From Azolla caroliniana (Eukaryota; Plantae; Polypodiophyta), in contig JBHGNT010000014.1 of NCBI GenBank assembly GCA_043228905.1, forward strand, positions 12,648,001 to 12,712,000: a DNA stretch of 64,000 nucleotides, written 5' to 3'. The position numbers and the translations under genes are program-made. The notes beneath the pieces are model-generated. The model made no database searches. It was not told the origin of the DNA and saw only the letters and a program-made list of their open reading frames with translations. Numbering within the stretch: the first letter of the stretch is position 1; each line of letters opens with the position of its first letter. Shown piece after piece: positions 52,281-62,396 of the stretch.

Positions 52281-52547
52281 AGAGAAATCCGGATGCGGGG
52301 ACATATTTGTGAATATGTTTGCCAAGGGCCCTTGAGGCTATATTTGTAAATAGCCCGAAAGTCATATGTGTATAAATATGACTTAGGGCAAACAGTTTTG
52401 TGTTGTTGCTGTAAGTTGTTACTCATTTTCTGGTTTTCCACTTAGGGGGAGCTAAGTGAGCAGCCGGGAGATAGATAGATAGATAGATAGATTATATTAT
52501 CGTCTTCGAAGATCAAATATGACCTATGAGACCAAAAATATTACATT

Positions 52548-55500
52548 TCACGTGATACGTGTGAAAGTGAGTAGTGACTCTCGATGTTCAAGAACTTTAC
52601 CAATGAATGTTGCAATCGAGAGTGCACATTGTGGTTGTGAGAGGAATTCATGCAAAGATTGGGCTCGATCGAAGAGATGTGGAAAGCATGGTCGAATATG
52701 ATCAAAGGCAGAGCATTGTATCAAAGTGTGATACTCAGACTCGCGAACTTGTTTAGGGCAAAGTGTGCATAGCCGACCACTCTCATCACTTGTACCCCAA
52801 CGCCCTGTTTCACATCGCAATGCATGTGAGCTAAGTCGCATGGAAGCAATGGTTCGAATGGCAGATAACGGTATGGGCTCTAACATGTATGGATGTGTAC
52901 GATTTCCCCGTTCCGCAAAGAATATGGTTTTGTAGTTAGGTGCAACATGTGTAGTATAATGTGTGAAGCGTGAGCCTCCACATTTGTCCCATGTCATGAT
53001 ACATTGGCGTTGCAAAAATGCCTCATTTACAGAGGAATCTAATGATGCATCATGAAGCAAGTGTCTCGCATCCCATCTACCAAACCATTTTTCTATATCT
53101 TGCATCCAACCGGAACACAAAATTTTGCTTTTATGCGTCTTTTGGATCTTTTTGCTTGCTTCCCACGCAATTCTAGGAAGTCGATGTGAGGGACTTTTTT
53201 GAACCTTAAGCATGTATTCAACAACCCTTTCCATGGCCATGATCTCAATGGGAAGCGATCCCGTCTCAAGGAGGAGGAGGGTGTAGGGCGTTTGTTTCTT
53301 AACTTGTAGAAACTTGGTAAGAAAATGCTTTTGGACATTTTCAAACTCTTTCCACATAGACTTAGGGATGCTACCGCCCCATACTTCCACCCCATAGAGA
53401 AGAACTGGTGTCACCAAAGTGTCAAAAAGATATTTCTTGAGGACCCAACACTTAATATCTCCAAGATTGCATGTGTTCTCAAATGCATAGTATGCTCGTT
53501 TGCCTGCCTCTAAGCGGCGTGTAGCACATTCATTCCATCTATGATTTGAAGGAACTTCAAGGCCAAGATATTTGAAGCTTTCCACACATTCAAGTGGCTC
53601 ATTGTTGTACATAATGCATGGTTTATCTCTTTTTTGGCTCTTCACAAGCATAATCTTTGTTTTAGAGCTATTGACACTTAATTTAGTATGCATGCAAAAT
53701 TTTTCCAATGCCTTCATAAGCTTTTGTGCATCTCCTAAAGTATTTGCAAAAAGCACTACGTCATCTGCATATAGCAAAAGCATAATCACAACATTCCCAA
53801 TGGCAACTTCTTCAACACATTCTTCCTTTGCAAACTTGGTAACCATTTCTTCCAATTCATCAATGCATAGACCAAATAGTGTTGGTGAGAGTGGGCATCC
53901 TTGCTTAACACCAATAGTGCTTTTGAAAAAATCTGAAAGTTTATCTTTCATGCGCACACAACATATAACCTTCTCATAAATTCGGGAAATTGCAAGCATA
54001 TATTCACTTGGCACCTCAAGTTCTTCCATTCGCCTCCAAAGATGCTCACGAGGTACCATATCAAAAGCTTTCTTGAAGTCTACAAAGCAACAATATAAAC
54101 CTTTACCTCTAAGGCGACTTTCCTCCATTAATACTCGAAGGGTGATAAGGTGATCAATGGTGCTATGGTGTTTCCAAAAGCCAGCTTGTCCATAAGCTCT
54201 CTTACCACTTTTTTCAGCCCATACACTTATCTTTGATTCCATTATACATCCAAATAGTTTTGCCATTAATGAGCCAACCATGATGGTTCGATAATTGTTT
54301 ACATTATTTATATCTCCACCTTTATGTAAAGGTTTGATCCAATTTGTAGTCCAATCGTACGGCATACCATGTTGCAATGCATCATTAAACATATCGCTTA
54401 TCCATATATGTGCTTCCTTTCCCGTCCATTTGAGCATTTCAGCCTTTATACATTGAAGATCGCTTGCCTTTCGAGAGGCCAATTTCTTAAGTCCTATGCA
54501 TATATCTTCAATTGTAAAGAAGGAAGGCATATGTGAAAGAGAACCATAACACATCATCTTTCCGGCAAGAGATAACTCATATAAATTCTTACAATGCATA
54601 GACAAGTCGTGAAGAGTTAAGTCACCATAACTCTCAACACGTTTTCCCTTTAGATTTCCCCAAAATTTAGCATATGCATGTGCTTTCTCTTGCGTTTGGA
54701 TAAATTGTTGAGTAACTTCCCATATTCTTCTCTTTCTTTGAATAAGCCTTTTATACTCATGCAAATGCTTTTGGTAATTCTCTTTATCCTTAACTACATC
54801 CAAAACCATAAGGCACTTTCGAGCTTCACGACATTCTTTATCAAACCATTTTTTCCTAAGTTTCTTGGTGCATTTCCAAGATGTGCGGTTGGTCGAAAAA
54901 CATTTGTTTGTACATGAGAGAATGACTTTCTTGAAAGCTTCCCATTTGCATTCTAGTGTGGCACCATGTTGTATCTTTGTCATTTGTAACATATCCTCAA
55001 CCATCTTGGAATACATGGGTGCTCGCTTAAGGTTCATGCTCAAGTGCGGTTGTTTATTATCTTCAATAGCCTTCTCACAATCAAACCTATGCATACATTT
55101 GAGATCAATACATAAAGGCCTATGATCTGATTCCGGTGTCCATTCACCAAGTGAGAATTTATGTATACGATCCAAAATACCTTCGGAAAGTAGCACATAA
55201 TCAATCACACTATTTCCGTTGTATTTTCTACATGTAAAACCATTAGTGTTGGGCCATAAGGAAATACCATTTGCAATAAGCAATCCGGTACTATTGCACA
55301 TTTGTAGGAGTAGTTTCCCAAATTGGTCCGGATCTTTTTCATCGCTAGAAGAGCGGTTATACATTTGCATATCCTCTTGCATCCTTGAGATATGTGGCAT
55401 GAAAGATTCTTGTGAATCAAGTTGGAAACTTCTTGTACGAGCATTCATGTCACCAAAGACAATAACTTCCCCTTTGGATTTGAAATAAGCAATATCATCT

Positions 55501-55922
55501 TCTAGATTGGCAAACGGTTGATCTTTATCCAAACAAGCATAAAAGTTAGAATCTTGATGAGGAATGTAACATCCAACAACAAAAGTGGGCAAATCATTAG
55601 GTGTTTCTATTTTGAGCCATATGTAGCATTTATTTTCATCATTTTTTATGATTGACACATATTTCTCTATTTCCTTCTTAATCAAACATGCCACCCCTCC
55701 TTGTCCTCTTCTTTGTCTTGGATTTTTCTTCCATATCAAAGAGTGTACATTATAGTTTCCTAAACCTTGAATCCTTTGAGTATCATGCTCCCATGTTTCA
55801 ACAAGAAGTGTGATATCCGAGTCATTGGTGAACTCCTCTATGCCAAATCCCGCATTCCATGGGTATCCATTGCAATTCCAAAAGCATAGTCGTAAAAGGC
55901 GTGGGTTAGTCTCATAGATCAC
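52548..55922 (-). CDS. LINE ORF2: APE endonuclease + reverse transcriptase + C-terminal CCHC zinc finger, 1124 aa, uninterrupted
   Basis: WNCNG, LVETW, GDMNAR, SVIDY, SDH (APE); NYRTI, FVDFKKAFD, GVKQGCPLSPTLF, YADD, FKYLG (RT); LRCETGRW...CTLC...EYH...C. Confidence 0.95.
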   Translation of the reverse strand: MIYETNPRLLRLCFWNCNGYPWNAGFGIEEFTNDSDITLLVETWEHDTQRIQGLGNYNVHSLIWKKNPRQRRGQGGVACLIKKEIEKYVSIIKNDENKCYIWLKIETPNDLPTFVVGCYIPHQDSNFYACLDKDQPFANLEDDIAYFKSKGEVIVFGDMNARTRSFQLDSQESFMPHISRMQEDMQMYNRSSSDEKDPDQFGKLLLQMCNSTGLLIANGISLWPNTNGFTCRKYNGNSVIDYVLLSEGILDRIHKFSLGEWTPESDHRPLCIDLKCMHRFDCEKAIEDNKQPHLSMNLKRAPMYSKMVEDMLQMTKIQHGATLECKWEAFKKVILSCTNKCFSTNRTSWKCTKKLRKKWFDKECREARKCLMVLDVVKDKENYQKHLHEYKRLIQRKRRIWEVTQQFIQTQEKAHAYAKFWGNLKGKRVESYGDLTLHDLSMHCKNLYELSLAGKMMCYGSLSHMPSFFTIEDICIGLKKLASRKASDLQCIKAEMLKWTGKEAHIWISDMFNDALQHGMPYDWTTNWIKPLHKGGDINNVNNYRTIMVGSLMAKLFGCIMESKISVWAEKSGKRAYGQAGFWKHHSTIDHLITLRVLMEESRLRGKGLYCCFVDFKKAFDMVPREHLWRRMEELEVPSEYMLAISRIYEKVICCVRMKDKLSDFFKSTIGVKQGCPLSPTLFGLCIDELEEMVTKFAKEECVEEVAIGNVVIMLLLYADDVVLFANTLGDAQKLMKALEKFCMHTKLSVNSSKTKIMLVKSQKRDKPCIMYNNEPLECVESFKYLGLEVPSNHRWNECATRRLEAGKRAYYAFENTCNLGDIKCWVLKKYLFDTLVTPVLLYGVEVWGGSIPKSMWKEFENVQKHFLTKFLQVKKQTPYTLLLLETGSLPIEIMAMERVVEYMLKVQKSPSHRLPRIAWEASKKIQKTHKSKILCSGWMQDIEKWFGRWDARHLLHDASLDSSVNEAFLQRQCIMTWDKCGGSRFTHYTTHVAPNYKTIFFAERGNRTHPYMLEPIPLSAIRTIASMRLSSHALRCETGRWGTSDESGRLCTLCPKQVRESEYHTLIQCSAFDHIRPCFPHLFDRAQSLHEFLSQPQCALSIATFIGKVLEHRESLLTFTRIT

Positions 55923-55928
55923 GTGTCC

Positions 55929-56324
55929 CTATTTGCCTACATTTCCATCTTTAAGCACATCCTTAACCTTGTTTTTCAATCTTTCTTCATATGCTTTACG
56001 ACGAGCATTTTGTTGTGAGATAGTACGATCTTCACTCACAAAGCATTGTGTACCTTTGAGGTATACCCAACTATTTTCGAGTATGATCCGCCGCTTTGTA
56101 TCATCTGTCATTGTGCATACAATAGGCCTTTCTCCAGAGCGAGTAACACCATGTTTCCCAACTCGGTGTGCCCCATATACATTCACATCTGACATCCCAT
56201 AATGCATGCTAAAAAATTCACCAATGGCCTTTCCAAGGGATGCGGGTGTTTCCATACTCTCTTCTTTAATCCCACGGACGACAATGTTCTTTGATCGTCG
56301 TTCGCGTTCTTTCAATTCTCGGAC
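55929..56324 (-). CDS. LINE ORF1 C-terminal part (RRM-like)
   Basis: ERRSKNIVVRGIKE...HRVGK...RPIV...VSEDRT...RR is typical of LINE ORF1. The upstream part of the track ORF is antisense LTR sequence. Confidence 0.8.
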   Translation of the reverse strand, partial: VRELKERERRSKNIVVRGIKEESMETPASLGKAIGEFFSMHYGMSDVNVYGAHRVGKHGVTRSGERPIVCTMTDDTKRRIILENSWVYLKGTQCFVSEDRTISQQNARRKAYEERLKNKVKDVLKDGNVGK

Positions 56325-56638
56325 AGAGAGAGAGAGAGAGAGGCGAAGAGGTCGTTGCCTCTGTGTATTACCGCCGCCTGTGGCGAAGACAGTGAGCTCA
56401 AGGTTGTTGCCTTGTAGCTTCACCATTGTACATCTCTGTTTGTAGTGATAGTTGGAGTTTGAGGACTCCCGTGGTTTTTCCCATTTAGGGTTTTCCACGT
56501 AAAACATCCAGTGTACTCTTCTCTCTATTGTCTTCGTGCATTTTGTATTTCCTGTTTTCTGTGAGTTAATCCTATTCCTCGGTTGTGGCCGAGCACTGTG
56601 TTCAACAAAGTGGTATCAGAGCGACGGCAGTGCAGAAA

Positions 56639-57537
56639 ATGGAAGGCAGCAGCAGCGGGCAGCCGGGGATGATGGTGCTGAATGCGCAGAACTACGCCGA
56701 CTGGAAGATAAAGATGGAGGATCTGCTCATTGTTCGGGACCTGTATGAACCGATCGACAGGTCGGAAATACCCAAGGGGGTACTTGAGACGGAATGGAGG
56801 CTTCTGAACCGGAAAGCCATTGCAACCATTCGGCAATACGTCGACGTGAGCGTTCTACAACATGTGGCGAACGACACCAACGCATATGAGATGTGGCGGA
56901 AGCTGTCGGGCCTCTACGAGAGGAAGAATGCGTTGAACCGGACCTCCCTGATGAGGAAGATAGTGAACCTCAAGTACCGGGACGGCGAGAGTATGGTGGA
57001 ACACGTAAGCACGTTCATGGGATTCGTGAACCAGCTTGCGGCGATCAAGTTCCCGTTGGAGGATGCAATGCAAGCCATCATCCTGATGTGTACATTGCCG
57101 GAAAGCTGGGAGAACTTGGTGGTGACTCTCAGCACCTCCTGCACCGAAGATAACTTGTCCCTACAAACGGTAAAGACAAGTATTTTGAACGAAGAAGCGC
57201 GTCGGAGAGATAAAGAACCGGCCTCCGACTCGAAGGCGCTGCTTACCGAATCGGAACGGGGAAGACAACGGAACCGGAGTCCGCAAAGACGGGAGAAGTC
57301 GGGGACCCGGTCGCAGTCAAGAGGAAGGCCCACATGCTTCCATTGTGGGAAGCCGGGGCACTTCCGGAAGAATTGTCGGCATTACCGAAAAGACAACGGA
57401 GCCGACGACACCGATTCGAAGAAGTCACCGGAGCGAAACGGTGCATACCGGGGAGCCACGGACCGGAGAGGTCCGGATCGGCGAGGGCAGGACCGGAAAG
57501 GAACGACGGCACTCGCGGCAAGTGAAGAAGAGATAAT
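56639..57537 (+). CDS. Copia Gag (truncated before protease)
   Basis: LNAQNYADWKIKMEDLL, LPESWE, CFHCGKPGHFRKNC. Confidence 0.85.
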
Positions 57538-59437
57538 GCCCATGTGGCCTATCTGATTGTTTCACTAGCACTATTGGTGTAAATCAAGGTTGCCCCTATC
57601 TCTGACTCTTTTAGGGATCTACATTGATGAGATCACATATTTTATTGCTCGTAAGGGAGGCAACGGAATAGTCCTTGGGGATACACAAGTTCTTATCTTG
57701 CTCTATGTAGACGACATAGTTTTGCTCTCTAAATCTGAACACGACCTACAAAGGCACCTTAATGCCTTAGATGACTTTTGTGCACAACGAGGATTGGTAG
57801 TGAATCTAGGGAAAACTAAAGTCCTTATCTTCCACACTTCGGCCCAAGTTAGAGCTAAGTGTCACCAAACTATCTCCCATAGCCCGGTTGAGGTGGTTAG
57901 ATCATATGTCTATCTCAGAGTCACTTTTAGTGCCCGCTCAGGTAAATTTTCGATGACACAAGTAGTAAAGGATAGACTTATGAGAGGACATGCATCCCTC
58001 TCACTCCTCGAGAGACAATGCCATCAAGCATACTTTCAAGAGCCACGAACTAAAGGGTGGCTCTTTGAATCATTAGTGACTCCCTCCCTCATGTATGCAT
58101 CAGTGGTTTGGGCTGTAGGACTACCATCTTTCATGTGGAAGCAATTAGAGAGACCATTGGTGATGATTTTATCATACCAACTCCAAAGCAAATCGACAGT
58201 ACCACATGATATTATTAGGGTTGAGTTCACTCTACCCCCGATGTTAGTAGAGGCACTTTTTCAACTTGTAGTCTTTATCCACAGGATACATAGCTAACCA
58301 CATGATAGAATATCCCATCAAGCCTTTAAAGCCTCTCGATCACTATATGAGTCTGGCTATATTAGCTCATGGTATGGCATGATGGTGAGTTGGCTTCTTG
58401 TGAACAGACTAGACATTAATAACCTCCACCCCCTTAAGTACGACCACGCGATTGATAACACTTTAATCTCTCATGAGGACCTCAATAAAGTAATATGCCA
58501 AGAAATATGGCAAATTTACACTCAGTATAAATGGATCACCCCACTAGAGCCACTCCCATCTAAAATGTTGTACTATAAGGAACACTTCATGCACTTCTCT
58601 AAGTTAGGTTTTATTACGCGACCAAAATATCTAGATGTATTCTTACCACATGCACTAAGGGTTGCCATTGGTCAACTTAGAATATCATCTCACCAACTTG
58701 AGATTGAGAATGGACATAATAATGGAGTCCCTAGGGAGGAAAGGATATGTAGGTTATGTCACATAGAGATAGAGGATGAGTACCACTTTACATGCAAATG
58801 TCCCAACTACGCCGAGATAAGGGCAAAATACCAAGACATACTTGGTTCCTCTCCCACCCTCCCTAAACTATTAGATACTTTAGATATAAAGAAATTAGGT
58901 AGATACATCCTAGAACTAAAACAACACAGAGAGAATAAGTTACAAAATGTTGACAATAATGTTGCTAATGTTCACCAACATGCAACAAATGAAGTTTATC
59001 GGGAACAGGGGGAGCAAAAAATCAAAGAAGAACCAAACGCCCTCGGATGTCGGGTTTCAAAGCAACTCGACGTGGTGTAGAAGCAATAGAGAAAATAAGG
59101 GAACATGAGCTACACCGCCTAGAAGCCATGGCTGGGGCACTCTATACACCGGGACCATGGGTCACACCCACACCAAAACCCTTTGACCTCCCACTTCTTT
59201 TCGAGAGACTTGGGTGGAAATGAAATTACGCTTAGTGCAAAGTCACTTCTTTTTTATCAAGTATACCATGTTTTGTACACTACTATAACTCTTTTAACTA
59301 AAGCTATTTTTACTTTACTTTTATTTTAGTTCTGATGATTGGATAAATACCCATTTTGTTGTAAACCAACTGTCTCATGGGCCAATTTTGGCCTTAGAAG
59401 ATGTTAATATATCTTTCTTTCTTTCTTTCTTTCTTTC
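57538..59437 (+). mobile_element. 5'-truncated degenerate LINE of a second RTEX-like family with (CTTT)n tail
   Basis: STIGVNQGCP, LLYVDDIVL, SSHQLEIENG...CRLC...EDEYHFTCKC. The 3' end GTCTCATGGGCCAATTTTGGCCTTAGAAGATG is followed by (CTTT)n. Confidence 0.9.
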
Positions 59438-59575
59438 TCGTGCTCTCTCTTCTTACTGTCTTGCACTATTACGCTATGTACAATGCTTCATTATGTTCTA
59501 CAACACTACACCACTATGTTTGCCCTAGGTGTATTTATACTCATACACAATATGGTCTATTTACAAACATAGCTT

Positions 59576-59673
<98 letters not shown>

Positions 59674-59912
59674 CGGCCGACTAATCGGTTACAACACTCT
59701 GATGATAAACAAAGAATACCCACTTAGGGTTCTTGGCAAGTTTCTCATAACGGTGTCGTCGCTCTCTCTCTCTCTCGTGCTCTCTCTTCTTATTGTCTTG
59801 CACTATTACACTATGTACAACACTTCGTTATATTCTACAACACTACACCACTATGTTTGCCCTAGGTGTATTTATACTCATACACAATATGGTCTACTTA
59901 CAAACATAGCTT

Positions 59913-59950
<38 letters not shown>

Positions 59951-60220
59951 CGGCCGACTAATCGGTTACAACGATCTGAGGATAAATAAATAATACCCAC
60001 TTAGGGTTCTTGGCAAGTTTCTCAAAATTGTGTCATCGCTCTCTCTCTCTCTCTCTCTCATGCTCTCTCTTCTTACTGTCTTGCACTATTACGCTATGTA
60101 CAACGCTTCGTTATGTTTTACAACACTACACCACTATGTTTGCCCTAGGTGTATTTATACTCATACACAGTATGGTCTATTTATAAACATAGCTTTTATT
60201 ATTATTATTATTATTAATCA
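59438..60220. repeat. Three tandem LTR-derived units (~290-335 bp), each with an (ATT)n tract
   Basis: CTC(G/A)TGCTCTCTCTTCTT...TTTGCCCTAGGTGTATTTATACTC...(ATT)n occurs three times and resembles the TATA region of family C LTRs. The host LTR appears to end at 61106. Confidence 0.9.
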
Positions 60221-60420
60221 GTTGTTGCCAACTAATCGACTCCTATGTTGATTTTCCAGTCGGCCCGACTAATCGACTCCCATGTCGGCTATCCAGTCGG
60301 CATGACTAGTCATCCTTGTCTAAGACTTGGATCATCTATCCAATACTGTCGACTCTCCATGTCAACTCTCTCTTATCTTCGACTATCGACCCTTCCTTAG
60401 TCCGACTAGTTGGTTATTCC

Positions 60421-60981
60421 TGATTAGAAATCGTTGCGGAATAGATCACAATAAAACGAACTACGCGCTGAAATATGATTCACGAAAATGGCAGAAAGAC
60501 AAGATAAACAAATATGCACAGATTTACATGGAAATCCTAAAATGGGGAAAACCATGGGATTAGAATCTTCACTATACAAATAGTGGATATACAACACCGA
60601 GATGATTACAACACTCTGTCGAGTGTATCAGCCGCATAGGGTTCTTCGTGTCTGCTGTTATACACACAGTTATGGCGCGGCTCACACTTCTCTCTCTCTC
60701 TCACTCTCTGCACACAGTTCTTACACTGTTCATCTCTCTGTTCCACACAACTAAAAGTTTGCCCTAGTTGCATATATACTTACGCAAATTTCTGGTTATT
60801 TACATATGTGGCCCACATAGGGCTCACATCTAGACTATTTATAATTATAGTCTCCCGAGTTGGTTATGTACATGATTCCGGTTTCGGCCGAGGTCAACTC
60901 GTCTCCTGTTTTCCGACTCTTCGACTATCGGCTTTCTGAACAGTCGGATCATCCTCCCACTAGAGGGACATACACCCAACA
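60421..60981 (-). mobile_element. Solo LTR (copia family C-like)
   Basis: TG...CA with TSD ATTCC at 60416-60420 and 60982-60986. Confidence 0.9.
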
Positions 60982-61106
60982 ATTCCTTATCTTCGACTGT
61001 CATCTCTTCTTCGACCCGACTAGTCGATTATTCCTTGCCTTTGGTTGTCGGCTCTTCTTCAGCCCAATCAGTCAGCTCCTCCCATAGGAGGGATATATTT
61101 CTAACA

Positions 61107-61596
61107 AATCCGAATCCGGATTGGATCTGGATAGGCATCCGAAAAAGGTGATATTTGTAAATAGGTCTTGCTCGCTTATTTGGGCCAGAATTGTAAATAG
61201 CCCTAAATTTGTGTTAGTATAAATACAACTAGGGCAAATCATTTTGTATTGATGATATGTATGATATGTGCAGAGTTGTTGTAGTAGTTGCTTGAGTAAC
61301 AACGTGAGAGTAGGAGAGAGGGAGAGGGAGAGTTGTAACTCTGTTGTAACCGTCACCAGACGAAGAGGAGCTCAAGGTTGTTGCCTTAGAGTCTCTTGTG
61401 TATTTCCTCCTACCATAGTGATATTGTTTGGAGTTTGCGGACTCCCGTGGTTTTTCCCTTTTAAGGGTTTTCCACGTAAAATATATGTGTCTCTGTACTT
61501 GAGTTATTTGTCTTCTGTTTTTCTTTGTCATTTCAATCTTTGCACCCATGTACGCACGTGCATTAACCGGTTGTGGATGGCCCAGTGTCTTCATCA
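61107..61596 (+). repeat. Partial copia family C-like LTR
   Basis: TATAAATA, CAAGGTTGTTGCC, GGGTTTTCCACGTAAAA and CCGGTTGTGG motifs are shared with the LTR 52076-56607. Confidence 0.7.
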
Positions 61597-61723
61597 CCAA
61601 TAAGCTTCATTGTGTGAGAAATATCATTGAAAGATTATCATAGTGACTCGAAAAATAATATGAAGTATATTAGTTGATTCAATGTTAAGATTCATAAGAT
61701 CTTCTCTTTATATGTGCTTTACG

Positions 61724-62396
61724 TGTTGAGAATCTAGTCCCTTCGAATATGGAGAACCATTCGGATCAGGCCTGAAGCCGTTCGACTAAAGAGTCGGATG
61801 ATACCCAGCTTGTCTAAATCGGAATTCGTATATTGCACAAGGAGTTGGATCATCAAGAGCCAACTAAGCACTGACTAGGGAGAGAGATAAGCCAAATCAG
61901 TCAATAGTAAACTATGATCGTCTGAGGACGACAATCAACCAATAACCGACTTGGCTAATAACCGAATCCGCCAAAGCTTACTCAAGGCTATATTTGTAAA
62001 TAGCCTTAATGTGCCTATTGTGTGCTATATTTTTAAATAGTCATATATGTATATAGGTATAAATTTGCTAGGGCAAAAGTGATAATAGATTAAGTGAGAT
62101 TATCAATGGGTAATCATATGTATCTATAGAGTTGATGAAGGGTGTAGAGAGTGTGTGAGTGTTGTAGCCATCTATAAGACGAAGTCGAGTTCAAGGTTGT
62201 TGCCTTAGAGTTTCTTGTACTCTCTTCATATAGTGATTCTGTTTGGAGTCTATGGGTTCTTGTAGTTTTTTTCCCTTTCTGGGTTTTCCACGATAATATC
62301 TTGTCTCGTTGTCTGTGTTTTTTTGTTTGTTGGTTTGGCTATTGTCTTCTCTCATTTGTACTAATGAACCGATTGTGGCCAGCCTCATTCACGACA
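61724..62396 (+). mobile_element. Solo LTR (copia family C-like)
   Basis: TG...CA with TSD TTACG at 61719-61723 and 62397-62401. Confidence 0.9.

Larger units (their letters stand above)
52469..56324 (-). mobile_element. Near full-length non-LTR retrotransposon (RTEX-like LINE), 5'-truncated in ORF1, (ATCT)n tail
   Basis: ORF1 remnant, intact ORF2, ~55 nt 3' UTR and a tetranucleotide tail. Inserted at the edge of the (GA)n tract of a copia LTR. Clade assignment is inferred from domain layout. Confidence 0.95.
52076..57537 (+). mobile_element. Ty1/copia (family C-like) 5' LTR split by a LINE, PBS and gag; 3'-truncated
   Basis: LTR starts TGTTGGG at 52076 and ends TTCAACA at 56607. PBS TGGTATCAGAGC 56611-56622. 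An open gag follows. Confidence 0.9.

Noticed and set aside
56325-56507. N-terminal ~60 aa of track ORF 55929-56507 as LINE ORF1
   Set aside because: It is antisense copia LTR sequence, including the (GA)n tract, that happens to be in frame.
59401-60251. Poly-Ile membrane-protein-like ORFs
   Set aside because: These are translations of (ATT)n microsatellites in LTR-derived repeats.
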